DNA of 62,293 nucleotides, filler included, from Nemertoderma westbladi (GCA_032718475.1; 3 parts of 3 records of this genome joined end to end with filler, not necessarily neighbours in it); one strand, 5' to 3'; counted from the whole stretch's first letter, positions 26,556 through 40,369 are shown. Numbers and translations are program-made. The notes: a model not told the origin generated them from the sequence alone.

Positions 26556-26911
26556 CGAACCCTGCACGATTTGCACCGTTCATTATCCTATTTTTTTGCG
26601 GCGAGTACCGACAGCGGCGGGCAGAGGTTGCAGGAAAGTATGTGGTAGCGGTCACTGCAGGAGAGTTTGCAGAACTTGCAATGGCATTCCGGGGTTAAGG
26701 CATATTTTTGATTTTTGATATTTCTGATTTTTGCTAGCAGTTTATTATTTTAGGAGTTAGGAATCATCATATCTAAACCGCTACCTAGCATTTGAGTTTT
26801 CTGTACGGATTTTAGTAATGTTATGTTGCATTAGATGCGCAGATTTCTCAGCTTTACTTATGTGGGCCTATCTATGTATATAAAATAATTCTTATATTTG
26901 TTAATAATAAT

Positions 26912-27240
26912 AAGCTATTTTTCAACGAAATTCAAATTGTGTTACATATTTGTAATCCTTGCATGGCCAGCTTTCCATTGGTACTAACAAAAGGCTATAA
27001 GGTAGAAGAATAACTGCGGTGTAACTGGTGTAATATCGCTGAAGACACTTTTTTTAAACGCTTGTAGCTAAAGATTGAAAGCAAAAATAAAAATTCTGGC
27101 TCACCCAGTCAGTGGTCGGTAGCTGAAACTATCGCTGTTTCAAATTTCATGCAATCTTATTAAGATTTGAAGAAAAATTAGGGGGGGGGGGGGGGGGGGC
27201 GTGTCACTGAATTACGATACTATATTCTGGGACATGATGT
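26912..27240. mobile_element. Solo arm of the 16.9-17.9 kb MITE family
   Basis: Matches 17490-17780 and ends in CTATATTCTGGGACATGATGT, the reverse complement of the 16897 terminus. Confidence 0.8.
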
Positions 27241-27342
27241 TTTGGGGCGGCTTTGACGGATTCTTCGCAAATTTCGCAAAGTCGCAAACGTCAGACCGGA
27301 CCAAACTTTTTATACTACCTAGTTTTTACAATTATAATATAC

Positions 27343-30277
27343 TACTACTACTAGGTCAAGCGAACTCGGACAGTGGAAATGAGATCCTTCCAGGCTTCCC
27401 GATTCTCCATAGTTGTCGCAATTTCGTTTCTCCCAAGTTCAGTATCCCTTTCAAGTTGATCTATATAAGTTATGGCAGGTCGTCCGCGACTACGCTTTCC
27501 ATGAGTTGGTTGCCAGAGAAGTAGATCTGGTATGACCTCGTCTTTACTTCGCCAGCAGTGCCCACTGAATCTTAATCTGCGTTCACGGAGGGTGGTTGAT
27601 ACAGGTGGTATTGTACCATAAAGCTCGGCGTTTGTCATGTGTTGTCTCCAGCTGATGTTTAGGGCTGCCCTTAGTAGTCTTGTGTAGCAACCATCAATTC
27701 GTTGTTCAAGTGATTTAGTCAGTGTCCAGGTCTCACCCCCATATAAAAATACACTTTCCACTGTGGCTCGAAAGAACTTAGTCTTCAGGTTCATGGAGAG
27801 ATCTGATTTCCAGATGGTATCCATTTTTGATAGAGCTACCCAAGCCTTTGCTTTCCTAACTTCTATGTCCTTTTTGCTACTCTCTATCCATGATCCAAGG
27901 TACTGGAAGTCATCGACTTTCCTTAGTTGATTATTATCAATGGTTGTCAAGTTTCCATCAACATTAAAGGTCATGAATTCGGTCTTGGTAGCATTTATAT
28001 GCAATCCAACCTCCTTAGCAGCCCTCTCCACTTTATTTAGTAGAAGCTGTGCATCTGCTAGCGTATTAGAGAGCAGGGCGATGTCATCCGCAAAGTCGGT
28101 GTCTGTGACTGTAGTTGCCGGATATCTACTACTTCTGCGTTCTTGAAGTGTGAATCCCAGATCTTCACCCTTTGTGGCCGTCCTCATTGCGTAATCCAGC
28201 ACAATTACAAATAGTAATGGTGCTAATGTGTCACCTTGCAGTACGCCAGCCAGGATTGAGAAAAACTCAGTTTCACCATCTGGTGAGAGTATCTGCGCTT
28301 CTGTGTCACAATATAACAATCCAATGCCAGGAACAATTACTTCTGGTATTCCATAAGCTCTTAGGATTTCAAGCATTTTACCTCTATGGATGGAGTCGAA
28401 TGCCTTCTTGAAGTCCACAAAAGTCATGACTGCGGGGAGAGAGAGATCAGTCTCCGTAGTGCAAGTATCTGAGCTATTGTTGATCTACTTGGTCGAAATC
28501 CGTTTTGGCTCTTACGCAGTAGTTTCTCTATGTGAGGCCTAATCCTATATAGAATCATTTTATTGTATATTTTGGCAGCTACCACAAGCAGACTGACCCC
28601 ACTATAGTTTGTTGGTATGCCGAGGTCTCCTTTGTTGGGGAGAGGCTTTAGTTGACCTTTAGTCCAAATTGGTGGTGGCTTTTCCCCTTTTAACATCCGG
28701 TTGCAAACATTCAATAATGGTCTATTTAGCACTCCGGTTTTCCATACCTCCGCTGGGATTTCATCTAATCCACTCGCTTTATTATTGGACATGCTTTTAA
28801 TGCTTCTTTGGAGTTCGGCAGGTGTGAAGTCCCCTGTTTCTATAGGTAGTGTATTGTCATATATTTTCCTTGTAGGGCTGACCTCGATGTTTGGTGGCTG
28901 CCCAAGCAAGTTGCTGAAGGGATTTTTCCACTTCCCAACACGTTCTTCAGGACTATCGGCTTTGAGGCGCCCCTTTGCACAACTTTTCCGACCAGATACC
29001 TCATTTACAGTTTGCCAGGTAAGTCTTGATTGTTGCTGTATGTGAGCAGTTGTAATTGCTTCAGTTTTATCCTGTATGTACTTTTCCTGGCTGATGTTGT
29101 AGTGTAGGCCAATTTAAGATCGTCCTTAGCTTTCTCAACCTTGTTAATGTTTTCGGTTGTTGGTTGTTCGGTTTTAACTTTGTAGGCTATCTTAAGATCT
29201 TCTCTCTTACAAGTAACCTCAGAGTTTTGCCATGGCACATACTGTTTTCGTTTAGGTTTCTGGGGGATATGCCTCTTAGCTGATTCCTTGTGGGCTGTTA
29301 TTATATTCTGGTATATTGAATCGGTGGATTGGTCTTCATCCATTGACTGAAGTGCTTCAAAGCGGTTTTGAACTTCTACTGTATAAGCATCCTTTACAGC
29401 ATTGTCAGTTCTGAGTTTCTCCCAATCATAGTTGATTTGCTTGCTTGTCCTGGGTTTGCTGGCTCTCAAACTGAGTCTGATCTCTGCAGTCACAATTCTG
29501 TGGTCCGAACCAATTAGGTTGAACGAGCTGTATGCCTCGCAGTTGATCATGCTATTTCTCCACTTTTTGTTTATAAGGATGTAATCCAGTTGTGCTTTGG
29601 TTCCATTAGGGTATTGAAAGGTCCATAGCTTCCCCTTACACTTTTCGAATGTGTTGTTTGTTGGTATCAATTCACATTCTTCCATTAGGTCTAAAATTAA
29701 GTACCCATTTCTGTTAGAACTGGTGTTATAGGTGTAACCCTTGATGTCTTCTGGGCCAATTTGCGCATTCAGGTCACCAGCAATGACTTTAACATTGTGT
29801 TTCGGGATGTCCTTAATAAGTCCAGTCAGTTCTTCATAAAACTTGACTGCTTGTTCTGGCTCTGATGCATTGGTTGGACTGTAGCAACATATAACTGTTG
29901 TCTTGGGATTCCCATCAAATGTTGTGATCATAACCCTGGAATTTATAGATTCAATGTTGTTTAGGGTCTTAAGTGCAAATGGGCTTAGCAGAATTCCTAC
30001 TCCACCAATTGATGCATTGGCCGAGTTTCTTACTGCTGAGCTTGTTACTAACGTCCATCCATTTCCAATGTCATTGTACTTCATGGCAGTGTCTTCATTA
30101 TAAATCCGATGTTCTTGGATGCAGATGATGTCGATGTTATATTCCATTGCCAGAGCGACCATGTCACCCTGTTTGCTATGTGCTTTCAGCGTGCGTGTGT
30201 TCATTGTAGCAATCTTTAGTGTCTTTTTACATTTCAACAGGTTGGTTCTTCTTTCTTCTCTGTCTTCTGTCTTCTGT
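27343..30277 (-). mobile_element. RTE-clade LINE (family A), APE endonuclease plus RT, slightly 5'-truncated, frameshifted
   Basis: APE motifs IATMNTRTL, CIQEHR, GDLNAQIG, LDYIL, SDH. RT motifs FVDFKKAFDS, QGDTLAP, DFADD. (TAG)n tail. TSD ATTATAATATAC at 27331-27342 and 30278-30289. Confidence 0.95.
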
Positions 30278-30912
30278 ATTATAATATACATTATTAATAT
30301 TACATTACAGCAAATGTTCTAGAACATGTTAGATATAAATTATTAAAAATATCAATGTTCTAGAACACATCTTTTTTCTAGAAGATTTTATTTAAAATGA
30401 TTTTTTAAACTAGTTAGTTTTTGCTACCGGTACTTTTTTTAATGTTCTAGAACATGTTAGATTTCAATTAAAGTTCTGCAACACACTTTTTTGTTCTAGA
30501 AATCTTTTCGAAAAAAATTTAATAGTACATGGATCGTTATACCATGACATACTACAGTATACAGAAACATGTATTAATATCATGATATAGTTGGTCATGG
30601 TTATACAAAACCCGTATTAAATTAAAAAAATTGTTCAAATAAAAAATGTTTATAATTTTCCTTAGGCCTATGAGTTAGGCCTTAGGCCTTACTCTATATT
30701 TTGTATAAAAAAATCTAGCTAGTAAATAATTACTAAAGTCCATTTTTTTTAATTAGGCAGCAGCTTATTTCTGGCGATAACTTCGCGAGTTTTAATCGTA
30801 GGGAGGTGATTTGGGGCTCATTATGTTCGGAATATAAAGGTTTTATTCAAATCCACTTCGAATTTTATGATTTTATTATGTTTTCTCATCAAAAAACGAT
30901 GTGAAAAAAATT

Positions 30913-31566
30913 ATGTTTCAACACTCGAGATTTCTCACTCAAATAGAGCAATAATTGCTGTTTTCAAAAATATATGGGTTTAGAGCTTTTTATTTAGCGG
31001 CATTGCAATAATTACGTCCCAAATGCATCAAAATCGTAGTTTTTAAGGAATAATTATTGGATTAGTGTTAAAGAAATATTGTGGAAAGTTTCCATAGCAA
31101 CAGACAAACGACTGATTTATTGATCGGTCTCCTAGGTTGAACATACAGTAGAGATAAAGTACCGTACAGTTTGTAAATAGTATTGTGGCGGTGTGGCTAT
31201 AAATAATCTATGCCGAGTTATTAAAATAACGCGCTAAGAAAACAAAATAAAAACTTATATTTTGTAATAATATCTAATTAATGTACAGTAGTATTCATTA
31301 TAATGTATTACTGTGCGATAATAAATAAATATGTATTTACAACCAACAGTTGTCCGTCTGCTACAACAAATGAAATAGGTTACCATGGTAACATTAACAG
31401 TCTGATGTACTTTTATCACGTCTTACTAAAAATCTCAACGATTCCAATAATTATTCCGGAAAAAACTTCGATTTTGGACGTAATTATTGCAACGCCGCTA
31501 AATAAAAAGCTCTGAAATCAGCAATTATTGCTCTATTAGAGTGCAAAATCTCAAATGTTGGAACAC
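30913..31566. mobile_element. MITE-like inverted-repeat element
   Basis: AATAGAGCAATAATTGCTG...AGAGCTTTTTATTTAGCGGC.TTGCAATAATTACGTCC is mirrored at 31441-31566. Confidence 0.7.
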
Positions 31567-31863
31567 AACTGTTGGATCAAATGTTGGAACTGGAACTACT
31601 GTATAAAAGTTAATTAGTATTATTATAGTAATTATTAGTATAGTAATTATAGTATTCCCCGGGTGTTTATCTAAGTAGACTAATTACACCAACCCATTTA
31701 CAGTACAAATTAAACGCATATGTAAAGACTGGACAGAACGTAAATTAGCGGAGTAATTCTATATTAAAAGAGACAGACCGACACTCAACACCCAATACCT
31801 AAAAGAACACGATGCGGGGTGGTGAGAATTAACTTTTATACAATAGTTCCAGTTCCAATTCTC

Positions 31864-31963
31864 NNNNNNNNNNNNNNNNNNNNNNNNNNNNNNNNNNNNN
31901 NNNNNNNTTAATTAATTAANNNNNNNNNNNNNNNNNNNNNNNNNNNNNNNNNNNNNNNNNNNN
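31864..31963. other. Artificial contig-join spacer (N run + TTAATTAATTAA + N run)
   Basis: 100-bp N block containing an all-frame stop linker. Confidence 0.97.
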
Positions 31964-32337
31964 CGTAAATTGTAAATATTATGTAACCTTTTTTAGGTAA
32001 ATGCTGGAAAATTACTTCGAATAATTATTTCGAGTTATCAGTTATCTAAGTCCCCTTACACGATGCTGTTTAATTTTTCAGAATATCTGCGCGAATTCGA
32101 AAAAACGGAGATTTTTCAGTTTAGACACTCAATACATAAGTTAAAAGCATTTAAATTTCATAATGTTAACAAACCAGATATGTTGATATCTATATGCCAT
32201 TTGAAAGAGCGTAAAATTCTGCAGAAGCTAATATATTATTTATTGTTATCCAATGTATCTAAAGTACGTCTATGAGTGAGTACGTCTATAAGCATTAGAC
32301 AATTTTATTGGTTTTTTGTGTCCCCCCTGTAGTGGAC

Positions 32338-33677
32338 GGGCGAAGACGCTGTGCAGACAGAGGTGCCGACATAGGTGCCGACATAGGTGCCGACACAGGT
32401 GCCGACACAGGTGCCGACACAGGTGCCGACACAGGTGCCGACACAGGTGCCGACATAGGTGCCGACACAGGTGCCGACACAGGTGCCGACACAGGTGCCG
32501 ACACAGGTGCCGACACAGGTGCCGACACAGGTGCCGACACAGGTGCCGACACAGGTGCCGACATAGGTGCCGACATAGTGACCGACTTCGGCACTCAGGT
32601 TTCTCTCAATATGTTTATCTCACTAAATGGCTTACTTGTTGTGACGTTATATACTGTCTATTTGTAACTTTCAGAAAAATCAAATTCCAAAAGCTTTCTT
32701 TATATGGCAGATTATCCCCGTCGGCAGTATGCAAAGGTTTAACACGTCAAAAAATATTTTATACCATACCTGAAGAACCCCTGCGATAGGAACACGAATG
32801 TTGTCATATCATCCTATTAATTGTTAATTAATTAATTATTAATATCATTCACTATTAACTCCAATAAGTATTTTTAAGAACATATATATAAAGATAAAGA
32901 ACATGCTATAACATGCTAACATGTTTATTGGGTGAATGAAACATATGATTTACGTTAATTATTGACAGCAGGATGTTATTATACAACATGTGTTCCTATC
33001 GCAGGGGTTCTTCAGGTATGGTATAAAATATTTTTTGACGTGTTAAACCTTTGCATACTGCCGACGGGGATAATCTGCCATATAAAGCTTTTGGAATTTG
33101 ATTTTTCTGAAAGTTACAAATAGACAGTATATAACGTCACAACAAGTAAGCCATTTAGTGAGATAAACATATTGAGAGAAACCTGAGTGCCTAAGTCGGT
33201 CACTATGTCGGCACCTATGTCGGCACCTATGTCGGCACCTTGTCGGCACCTGTCGGCACCTGTGTCGGCACCTGTGTCGGCACCTCTGTCGGCACCTGTG
33301 TCGGCACCTGTGTCGGCACCTGTGTCGGCACCTGTGTCGGCACCTGTGTCGGCACCTGTGTCGGCACCTGTGTCGGCACCTGTGTCGGCACCTGTGTCGG
33401 CACCTGTGTCGGCACCTGTGTCGGCACCTCTGTCGGCACCTGTGTCGGCACCTGTGTCGGCACCTGTGTCGGCACCTGTGTCGGCACCGTGTGGCACCTT
33501 GTCGGCACCTGTGTCGGCACCTGTGTCGGCACCTGTGTCGGCACCTATGTCGGCACCTGTGTCTGCACCTGTGTCGGCACCTGTGTCGGCACCTATGTCG
33601 GCACCTGTGTCTGCACCTGTGTCGGCACCTATGTCGGCACCTATGTCGGCACCTCTGTCTGCACAGCGGCTACGCCC
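32338..33677. mobile_element. Foldback/MULE-like non-autonomous transposon; long TIRs contain a 12-bp tandem array (ACAGGTGCCGAC)
   Basis: Termini GGGCG...CGCCC; 9-bp TSD GTAGTGGAC at 32329-32337 and 33678-33686. Arms are reverse complements around a ~170-bp spacer. Confidence 0.9.
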
Positions 33678-34275
33678 GTAGTGGACCATGGTAAACTAAA
33701 TGATGTACAGCTCCAAACATAAAAACCTGGATATAATATGAAAGAACCATCTTACCATTCATAAAATATTCCCAGAAACATAAAGTCTTACTGGGGCTCG
33801 CATTTTTGAAAATGAAATTTCGCGAGCTTTTCAACTTGCCCAAACATGTAATGCGTCCCCCATTACAAGCTCTATACTGTACTATACGAAAAATGGCATT
33901 ACAGGGGGACTTAAAACCCAAATAGAGCTAGTGAAGTACAATTTAATAGATGTTCATTATGGTCATCGAATTCTCCTTAAAATAGCTTTCGAATGATAGA
34001 TACCGGTATGTTAATAGGTTTTGATGAAAATTTTGTGATTTTGACCACTTTTAGTGATTTTGACTCTGCTTCGAATTAGTAATAAAAACGACAAATGCAA
34101 TTAAATGAAATTAATTATTCTTACATTATTGTAAACTTTAAAAATTGTTAAGAAAACATTGCGAATCGACCATTAGACGATGTCTAATTTTGTCAACGAA
34201 AAATTTTTTTTGAACCGAAAATTAAGTTTGCACATATTTAATTCCAGTAGACGACTAGATATTCGTCAGATAACA

Positions 34276-34451
34276 CTACTACTACTACTACAATCGGCAT
34301 GCTTCATTGCAGCTGCATTATATATATATTAAGAATTCTGTATCGGCTTGTCGTCAAAATTGCGCCGCCACAACTCCCTATCACTAAGTAAGACATTTGC
34401 TAGAACATCCGCATCTTCAAGGCAGTGTCCTTTAAGATGCGTCTCAAGAAA
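34276..34451 (-). mobile_element. 3' end of an RTE family B fragment, split from 39523-39745
   Basis: (CTA)n tail plus reverse complement of ~11157-11305. Confidence 0.88.
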
Positions 34452-34599
34452 GGTTAGGTGTAAAACGCGGATCCGGAACCGGATTCAGGATCCGGATACG
34501 GATCAGGACCCGGATTTGCGAGTGTAAAAGGCGGACCCGGATTTGCATCCAATCCGTAACTGAGTGTAATATGCGGATTCTGAAATACGCAATCCGTAT

Positions 34600-36302
34600 T
34601 GAAGTGTAAAACGCGGATTCATATATTTTGTGAATCCGGAATGGAGTGTAAATCACGGATTTACGTTAATTACAGAGTTTGTTACTGGATCCGGTAAGGG
34701 GTGTAAAACGCGGATTCATGTTAATTACCAAGTGTTACTGGATCCGGGAAGGGGTGTAAAAAGCGGATTCATATATTTTGTGAATCCGGGATGGAGTGTA
34801 AAACACGGATTCAAATTAATTACCATGTTTTATTGGATCCGGGAAGGGGTATAAAACGCGGATTCATGTTAATTACCAAGTGTTACCGGATCCGGGAAGG
34901 GGTGTAAAAAGCGGATTCATATATTTTGTGAATCCGGGATGGAGTGTAAAACACGGATTTACGTTAATTACCAAGTTTTATTGGATCCGGGAAGGGGTGT
35001 ATAACGCGGATTCATGTTAATTACAAAGTGTTACTGGATCCGGGAAGGGGTGTAAAACGCGGATTCATATATTTTACGTTAATTTTCATATATTTTGTGA
35101 ATCTCGGATGGAGTGTAAAACACGGATTTACGTTAATTACCAAGTGTTACTGGATACGGGAAGGGGTGTAAAAAGCGGATTCATATATTTTGTGAATCCG
35201 GGATGGAGTGTAAAACACGGATTCAAATTAATTACCAAGTTTTATTGGATCCGGGAAGGGGTGTAAAACGCGGATTCATGTTAATTACCAAGTGTTACCG
35301 GATCCGGGAAGGGGTGTAAAAAGCGGATTCATATATTTTGTAAATCCGGGATGGAGTGTAAAACACGGATTTAAGTTAATTACCAAGTTTTATTGGATCC
35401 GGGAAGGGGTGTATAACGCGGATTCATGTTAATTACGAAGTGTTACCGGATCCGGGAAGGGGTGTAAAAAGCGGATTCATATATTTTACGTTAATTTTCA
35501 TATATTTTGTGAATCCGGAATGGAGTGTAAAACACGGATTTACGTTAATTACCAAGTTTTATTGGATCCGGGAAGGGGTTTAAAACGCGGATTCATGTTA
35601 ATTACCAAGTGTTACTGGATCCGGGAAGGGGTGTAAAACGCGGATTCATACATATATTTTTTGAATCCGGGATGGAGTGTAAAACACGGATTTTACCAAG
35701 TTTTATTGGATCCGGGAAGGGGTGTAAAACGCGGATTCATGTTAATTACCAAGTGTTACTGGATCAGGGAAGGGGTGTAAAACGCGGATTCATATATTTT
35801 GTGAATCCGGAATGGAGTGTAAAACACGGATTTACGTTAATTACCAAGTTTTATTGGATCCGGAATGGAGTGTAAAACACGGATTTACGTTAATTACCAA
35901 GTTTTATTGGATCCGGGAAGGGGTGTAAAACACGGATTTACGTTAATTACCAAGTTTTATTGGATCCGGGAAGGGGTGTAAAACGCGGATTCATGTTAAT
36001 TACCAAGTGTTACTGGATCAGGGAAGGGGTGTAAAACGCGGATTCATATATTTTGTGAATCCGGAATGGAGTGTAAAACACGGATTTACGTTAATTACCA
36101 AGTTTTATTGGATCCGGAATGGAGTGTAAAACACGGATTTACGTTAATTACCAAGTTTTATTGGATCCGGGAAGGGGTGTAAAACACGGATTTACGTTAA
36201 TTACCAAGTTTTATTGGATCCGGGAAGGGGTGTAAGACGCGGATTCATATATTTTGTGAATCCGGGATGGAGTGTAAAACACAGATTTACGTTAATTACC
36301 AA
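34600..36302 (+). repeat. 53/42-bp tandem array (GGATCCGGGAAGGGGTGTAAAACGCGGATTC...), ~148-bp higher-order unit; left arm of the foldback element
   Basis: Read directly. A shorter inverted copy lies at ~39030-39410. Confidence 0.93.
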
Positions 36303-38158
36303 GCCACCATAGTGGAGTAGATGCTGACCATTGATGAGTAGATGTGGTGCAGCCACCATAGTGGAGTAGATGCTGACCATTGATAAGTAGATGTGGTGCA
36401 GCCACCATAGTGGAGTAGATGCTGACCATTGATGAGTAGATGTGGTGTAGCCACCATAGTGGAGTAGATGCTGACCATTGATGAGTAGATGTGGTGCAGC
36501 CACCATAGTGGAGTAGATGCTGACCATTGGTGAGTAGATGTGGTGCAGCCACCATAGTGGAGTAGATGCTGACCACTGATGAGTAGATGTGGTGCAGCCA
36601 CCATAGTGGAGTAGATGCTGACCATTGATGAGTAGATGTGGTGCAGCCACCATAGTGGAGTAGATGCTGACCACTGATGAGTAGATGTGGTGCAGCCACC
36701 ATAGTGGAGTAGATGCTGACCATTGATGAGTAGATGTGGTGCAGCCACCATAGTGGAGTAGATGCTGACCACTGATGAGTAGATGTGGTGCAGCCACCAT
36801 AGTGGAGTAGATTCTGACCACTGATGAGTAGATGTGGTGCAGCCACCATAGTGGAGTAGATGCTGACCACTGATGAGTAGATGTGGTGCAGCCACCATAG
36901 TGGAGTAGATGCTGACCATTGGTGAGTAGATGTGGTGCAGCCACCATAGTGGAGTAGATGCTGACCACTGATGAGTAGATGTGGTGCAGCCACCATAGTG
37001 GAGTAGATGCTGACCACTGATGAGTAGATGTGGTGCAGCCACCATAGTGGAGTAGATGCTGACCACTGATGAGTAGATGTGGTGCAGCCACCATAGTGGA
37101 GTAGATGCTGACCACTGATGAGTAGATGTGGTGCAGCCACCATAGTGGAGTAGATGCTGACCATTGGTGAGTAGATGTGGTGCAGCCACCATAGTGGAGT
37201 AGATGCTGACCACTGATGAGTAGATGTGGTGCAGCCACCATAGTGGAGTAGATGCTGACCACTGATGAGTAGATGTGGTGCAGCCACCATAGTGGAGTAG
37301 ATGCTGACCATTGGTGAGTAGATGTGGTGCAGCCACCATAGTGGAGTAGATGCTGACCACTGACGAGTAGATGTGGTGCAGCCACCATAGTGGAGTAGAT
37401 GCTGACCATTGATGAGTAGATGTGGTGCAGCCACCATTGGGGAGTAGATGCTGACCATTGATGAGTAGATGTGGTGTAGCCACCATAGTGGAGTAGATGT
37501 TAACCATTGGGCCTTGGGAGTAGATGTGGTGCAGCCACCGTTGGGGAGTAGATGCTGACCATTGATGAGTAGATGTGGTGTAGCCACCAAATGGAGTAAA
37601 TGTTGACCATTAGGGAGTAGATGTGGTGTAGCCACCATATGGAGTAGATGTTAACCATTGGGCCTTGGGAGTAGATGTGGTGCAGCCACCATTGGGGAGT
37701 AGATGCTGACCATTGATGAGTAGATGTGGTGTAGCCACCAAATGGAGTAAATGTTGACCATTAGGGAGTAGATGTGGTGTAGCCACCATATGGAGTAGAT
37801 GTTAACCATTGGGCCTTGGGAGTAGATGTGGTGCAGCCACCGTTGGGGAGTAGATGCTGACCATTGATGAGTAGATGTGGTGTAGCCACCATATGGAGTA
37901 GATGTTAACCATTGGGCCTTGGGAGTAGATGTGGTGCAGCCACCATTGGGGAGTAGATGCTGACCATTGATGAGTAGATGTGGTGTAGCCACCATAGTGG
38001 AGTAGATGCTGACCATTGATGAGTAGATGTGGTGTAGCCACCAAATGGAGTAAATGTTGACCATTAGGGAGTAGATGTGGTGTAGCCACCATATGGAGTA
38101 GATGTTAACCATTGGGCCTTGGGAGTAGATGTGGTGCAGCCACCGTTGGGGAGTAGAT
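36302..38158. repeat. 49-bp tandem repeat AGCCACCATAGTGGAGTAGATGCTGACCATTGATGAGTAGATGTGGTGC
   Basis: Read directly. It explains the three overlapping minus-strand ORFs. Confidence 0.97.
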
Positions 38159-39029
38159 ATTGTACACCCACAGTATACAGGCAGGGCAGATAGACATACA
38201 AACAGTTGAAAAAATGTCAGTCGAAACTGTTTTTTTCAAACTTGAACAAAACTGACAGAAAAAAACATTCACTGTATAATTCTTCATTTTAAGTTTTTTT
38301 GTCGCACTGTGTTGCTTTTAAACAACGTGTTTAAAATTATAAAATTTTGGCATTTTTGCAAATTTAACAGTATTGACAGCTTTTTATTACCAAAAAACAT
38401 AATTAAAATTTTTTTAATTAAAATTGCCTGCTCGTTGCATGCTTTGTTTATTCTATATATATATATATAGAATATACTTACTATACGATGTATGTATGTA
38501 AGTAAGTACGTACAATCTAGAGTTCGTATACAAAAGTATATATTGGGAACATGTTTCATATACCTAACGTATACTTTTGTATACAATAAAAAAATAATAT
38601 TGGAATTAACTTTTTGAAAATTTTTTCATCGAAAATTATTATTTGGTGTATAATTAACCCATTAACAAGACCAACCAATTGTTTTCCTAAATTAAATTAA
38701 TTTAATTATTAATTTAATTTAATTTAATTAAAAGGGTTAATATCGCTCTGGTTTAAAGTTCAATTACTATTGATTATTTAGAGTTTAGATTTACTGTTTA
38801 TTCACAACATTACCAGTAAGCCGTTCGCAATGAATTATTTATTAGAGTGTTGGGACGTCTGGCCTGCAATTATTGTTACAACAGGTAATTCAATCCTACA
38901 TTATATGAGTGTTGGTGTGTTTGTTTATTATAAAAAGGTGGGTTTGTGTTTATTGATGTTTAATTATATTCGATTTGTAAGTAAAATGTCACTCTAAACT
39001 GTTCATTTTTATTTTCACTTAATTAACTT

Positions 39030-39410
39030 CTTTAATTAACACCCCTTCCCGGATCCAATACAATTTGGTAATTAACTTGAATCCGAGTTTTACACCCCTT
39101 CCAGGATCCAATAACACTTTGTAAATAAATTGAATCCGAGTTTTACACCCCTTCCCGGATCCAGTAACACTTAGTAAATAAATTGAATCCGCTTTTTACA
39201 CCCCTTCCCGGATCCAGTAACACTTGGTAATAAACTTGAATCCACGTTTTACACCCCTTCCCGGATCCAGTAACACTTGGTAATTAACTTGAATCCGCGT
39301 TTTACACCCCTTCCCGAATCCAATAAAACTTAGTAAATAAATTAAATCCACGTTTTACACCCCTTCCCGGATCCAATAAACTCGGTAATTAACTTGAATC
39401 CGCGTTTTAC
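39030..39410 (-). repeat. Inverted 53-bp array; right arm of the foldback element
   Basis: TTTTACACCCCTTCCCGGATCC units. Confidence 0.9.
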
Positions 39411-39522
39411 ACAGTAATCCGCAGATTACACCCGAAAAATGTAAATTCAGTCGACTTCCATAGAGACAATGTTAAATGATAGAATCCGGATCCTAATCCG
39501 GATCCGCGTTTTACTCTGACCC

Positions 39523-39745
39523 CTCAAGAAAGTTATGGGCTGTCCAACATGCTTATTCACTCCATGGGGCTGCCAATGTACAAAATTATGTCCTGGCTGG
39601 TCCTCACGGTGAAAGCAATGTCCTGCAAAGCGGAGGCGACTTTGTTTTAGTGTCAAGCTTGGGGGAACCAATGAGACACCTCCAATGTTATATAGTGTCT
39701 GGTTGGAGATGTGTGCATTGTACTTGACACAGTTCAGAGGACACG
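39523..39745 (-). mobile_element. Upstream part of the split RTE family B fragment
   Basis: KYNAHISNQTLYNIGGVSLVPPSLTLKQSRLRFAGHC matches 10965-11165. Confidence 0.88.
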
Positions 39746-40369
39746 CCTGCAGAAGGAATAATGAATGCATATTATGGTAGCTTAATCCTTACCAGTACCA
39801 AATTGTGAACCGGGTTTAATATGCGATATCTGAGTAACATATTAACGACAGTCCGTCTGACGGAACTTATACTTTAGGCCTAACTAACTAATTAGCTGAG
39901 AGTAACCTTTCATCGACAATTGTAAGGGTACAGTAAATAAAATAACCTAAGCAAGCATCTGATCATAGAGTTTAACTCACCAGCCTGCACAATCATAAAC
40001 TTTGCGTTTCCGCTAAGTAGAGAATTGTCAACGTAGTTCGGGTCCAGCATAAACTCTAGAACCGGGATTAAGGAAAATAATTCTCTTAACGTTGGTTTAG
40101 ATTTCTCAGTTCCAACAATAATTTGTGTGAATGCAGATAATCTCGAAGAAATCTAAAACAATAAGTAAAAATAAATAAAATTTATAAATAAATATAAAAA
40201 TCAAATCTAAATAATCAGCCAATCCCAAAACTGAGTTTAAATGAATTTTAAGTCCAGGTAAATTGTACAGTTTCTCGTCTATGACTCACATTAATTAAAT
40301 AATTGTTCACTGCTATTAACTGCTATATTATTGAATATTATACTGATCCCAAGACCATATTTAATTGTC

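Larger units (their letters stand above)
34452..39522. mobile_element. 5.07-kb Foldback/MULE-like element with repeat-built inverted arms, inserted into an RTE fragment
   Basis: Termini GG......GTAAAACGCGGATCCGG in inverted orientation; 9-bp TSD CTCAAGAAA at 34443-34451 and 39523-39531. Confidence 0.88.

Noticed and set aside
19807-26655. Dozens of overlapping GLRHRGTPTSGDSD / MSESPDVGVPR ORFs
   Set aside because: Open on both strands and in several frames because of the satellite unit; not genes.
16897-27240. A 10-kb composite transposon capturing the ABCG exon between two MITE arms
   Set aside because: No matching TSD at the outer ends, and the left arm already has a nearer partner.
31908-31919. 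TTAATTAATTAA motif between N runs (also 54808-54819)
   Set aside because: Artificial linker. Adjacency across it is not biological, so the two element copies are not necessarily linked.
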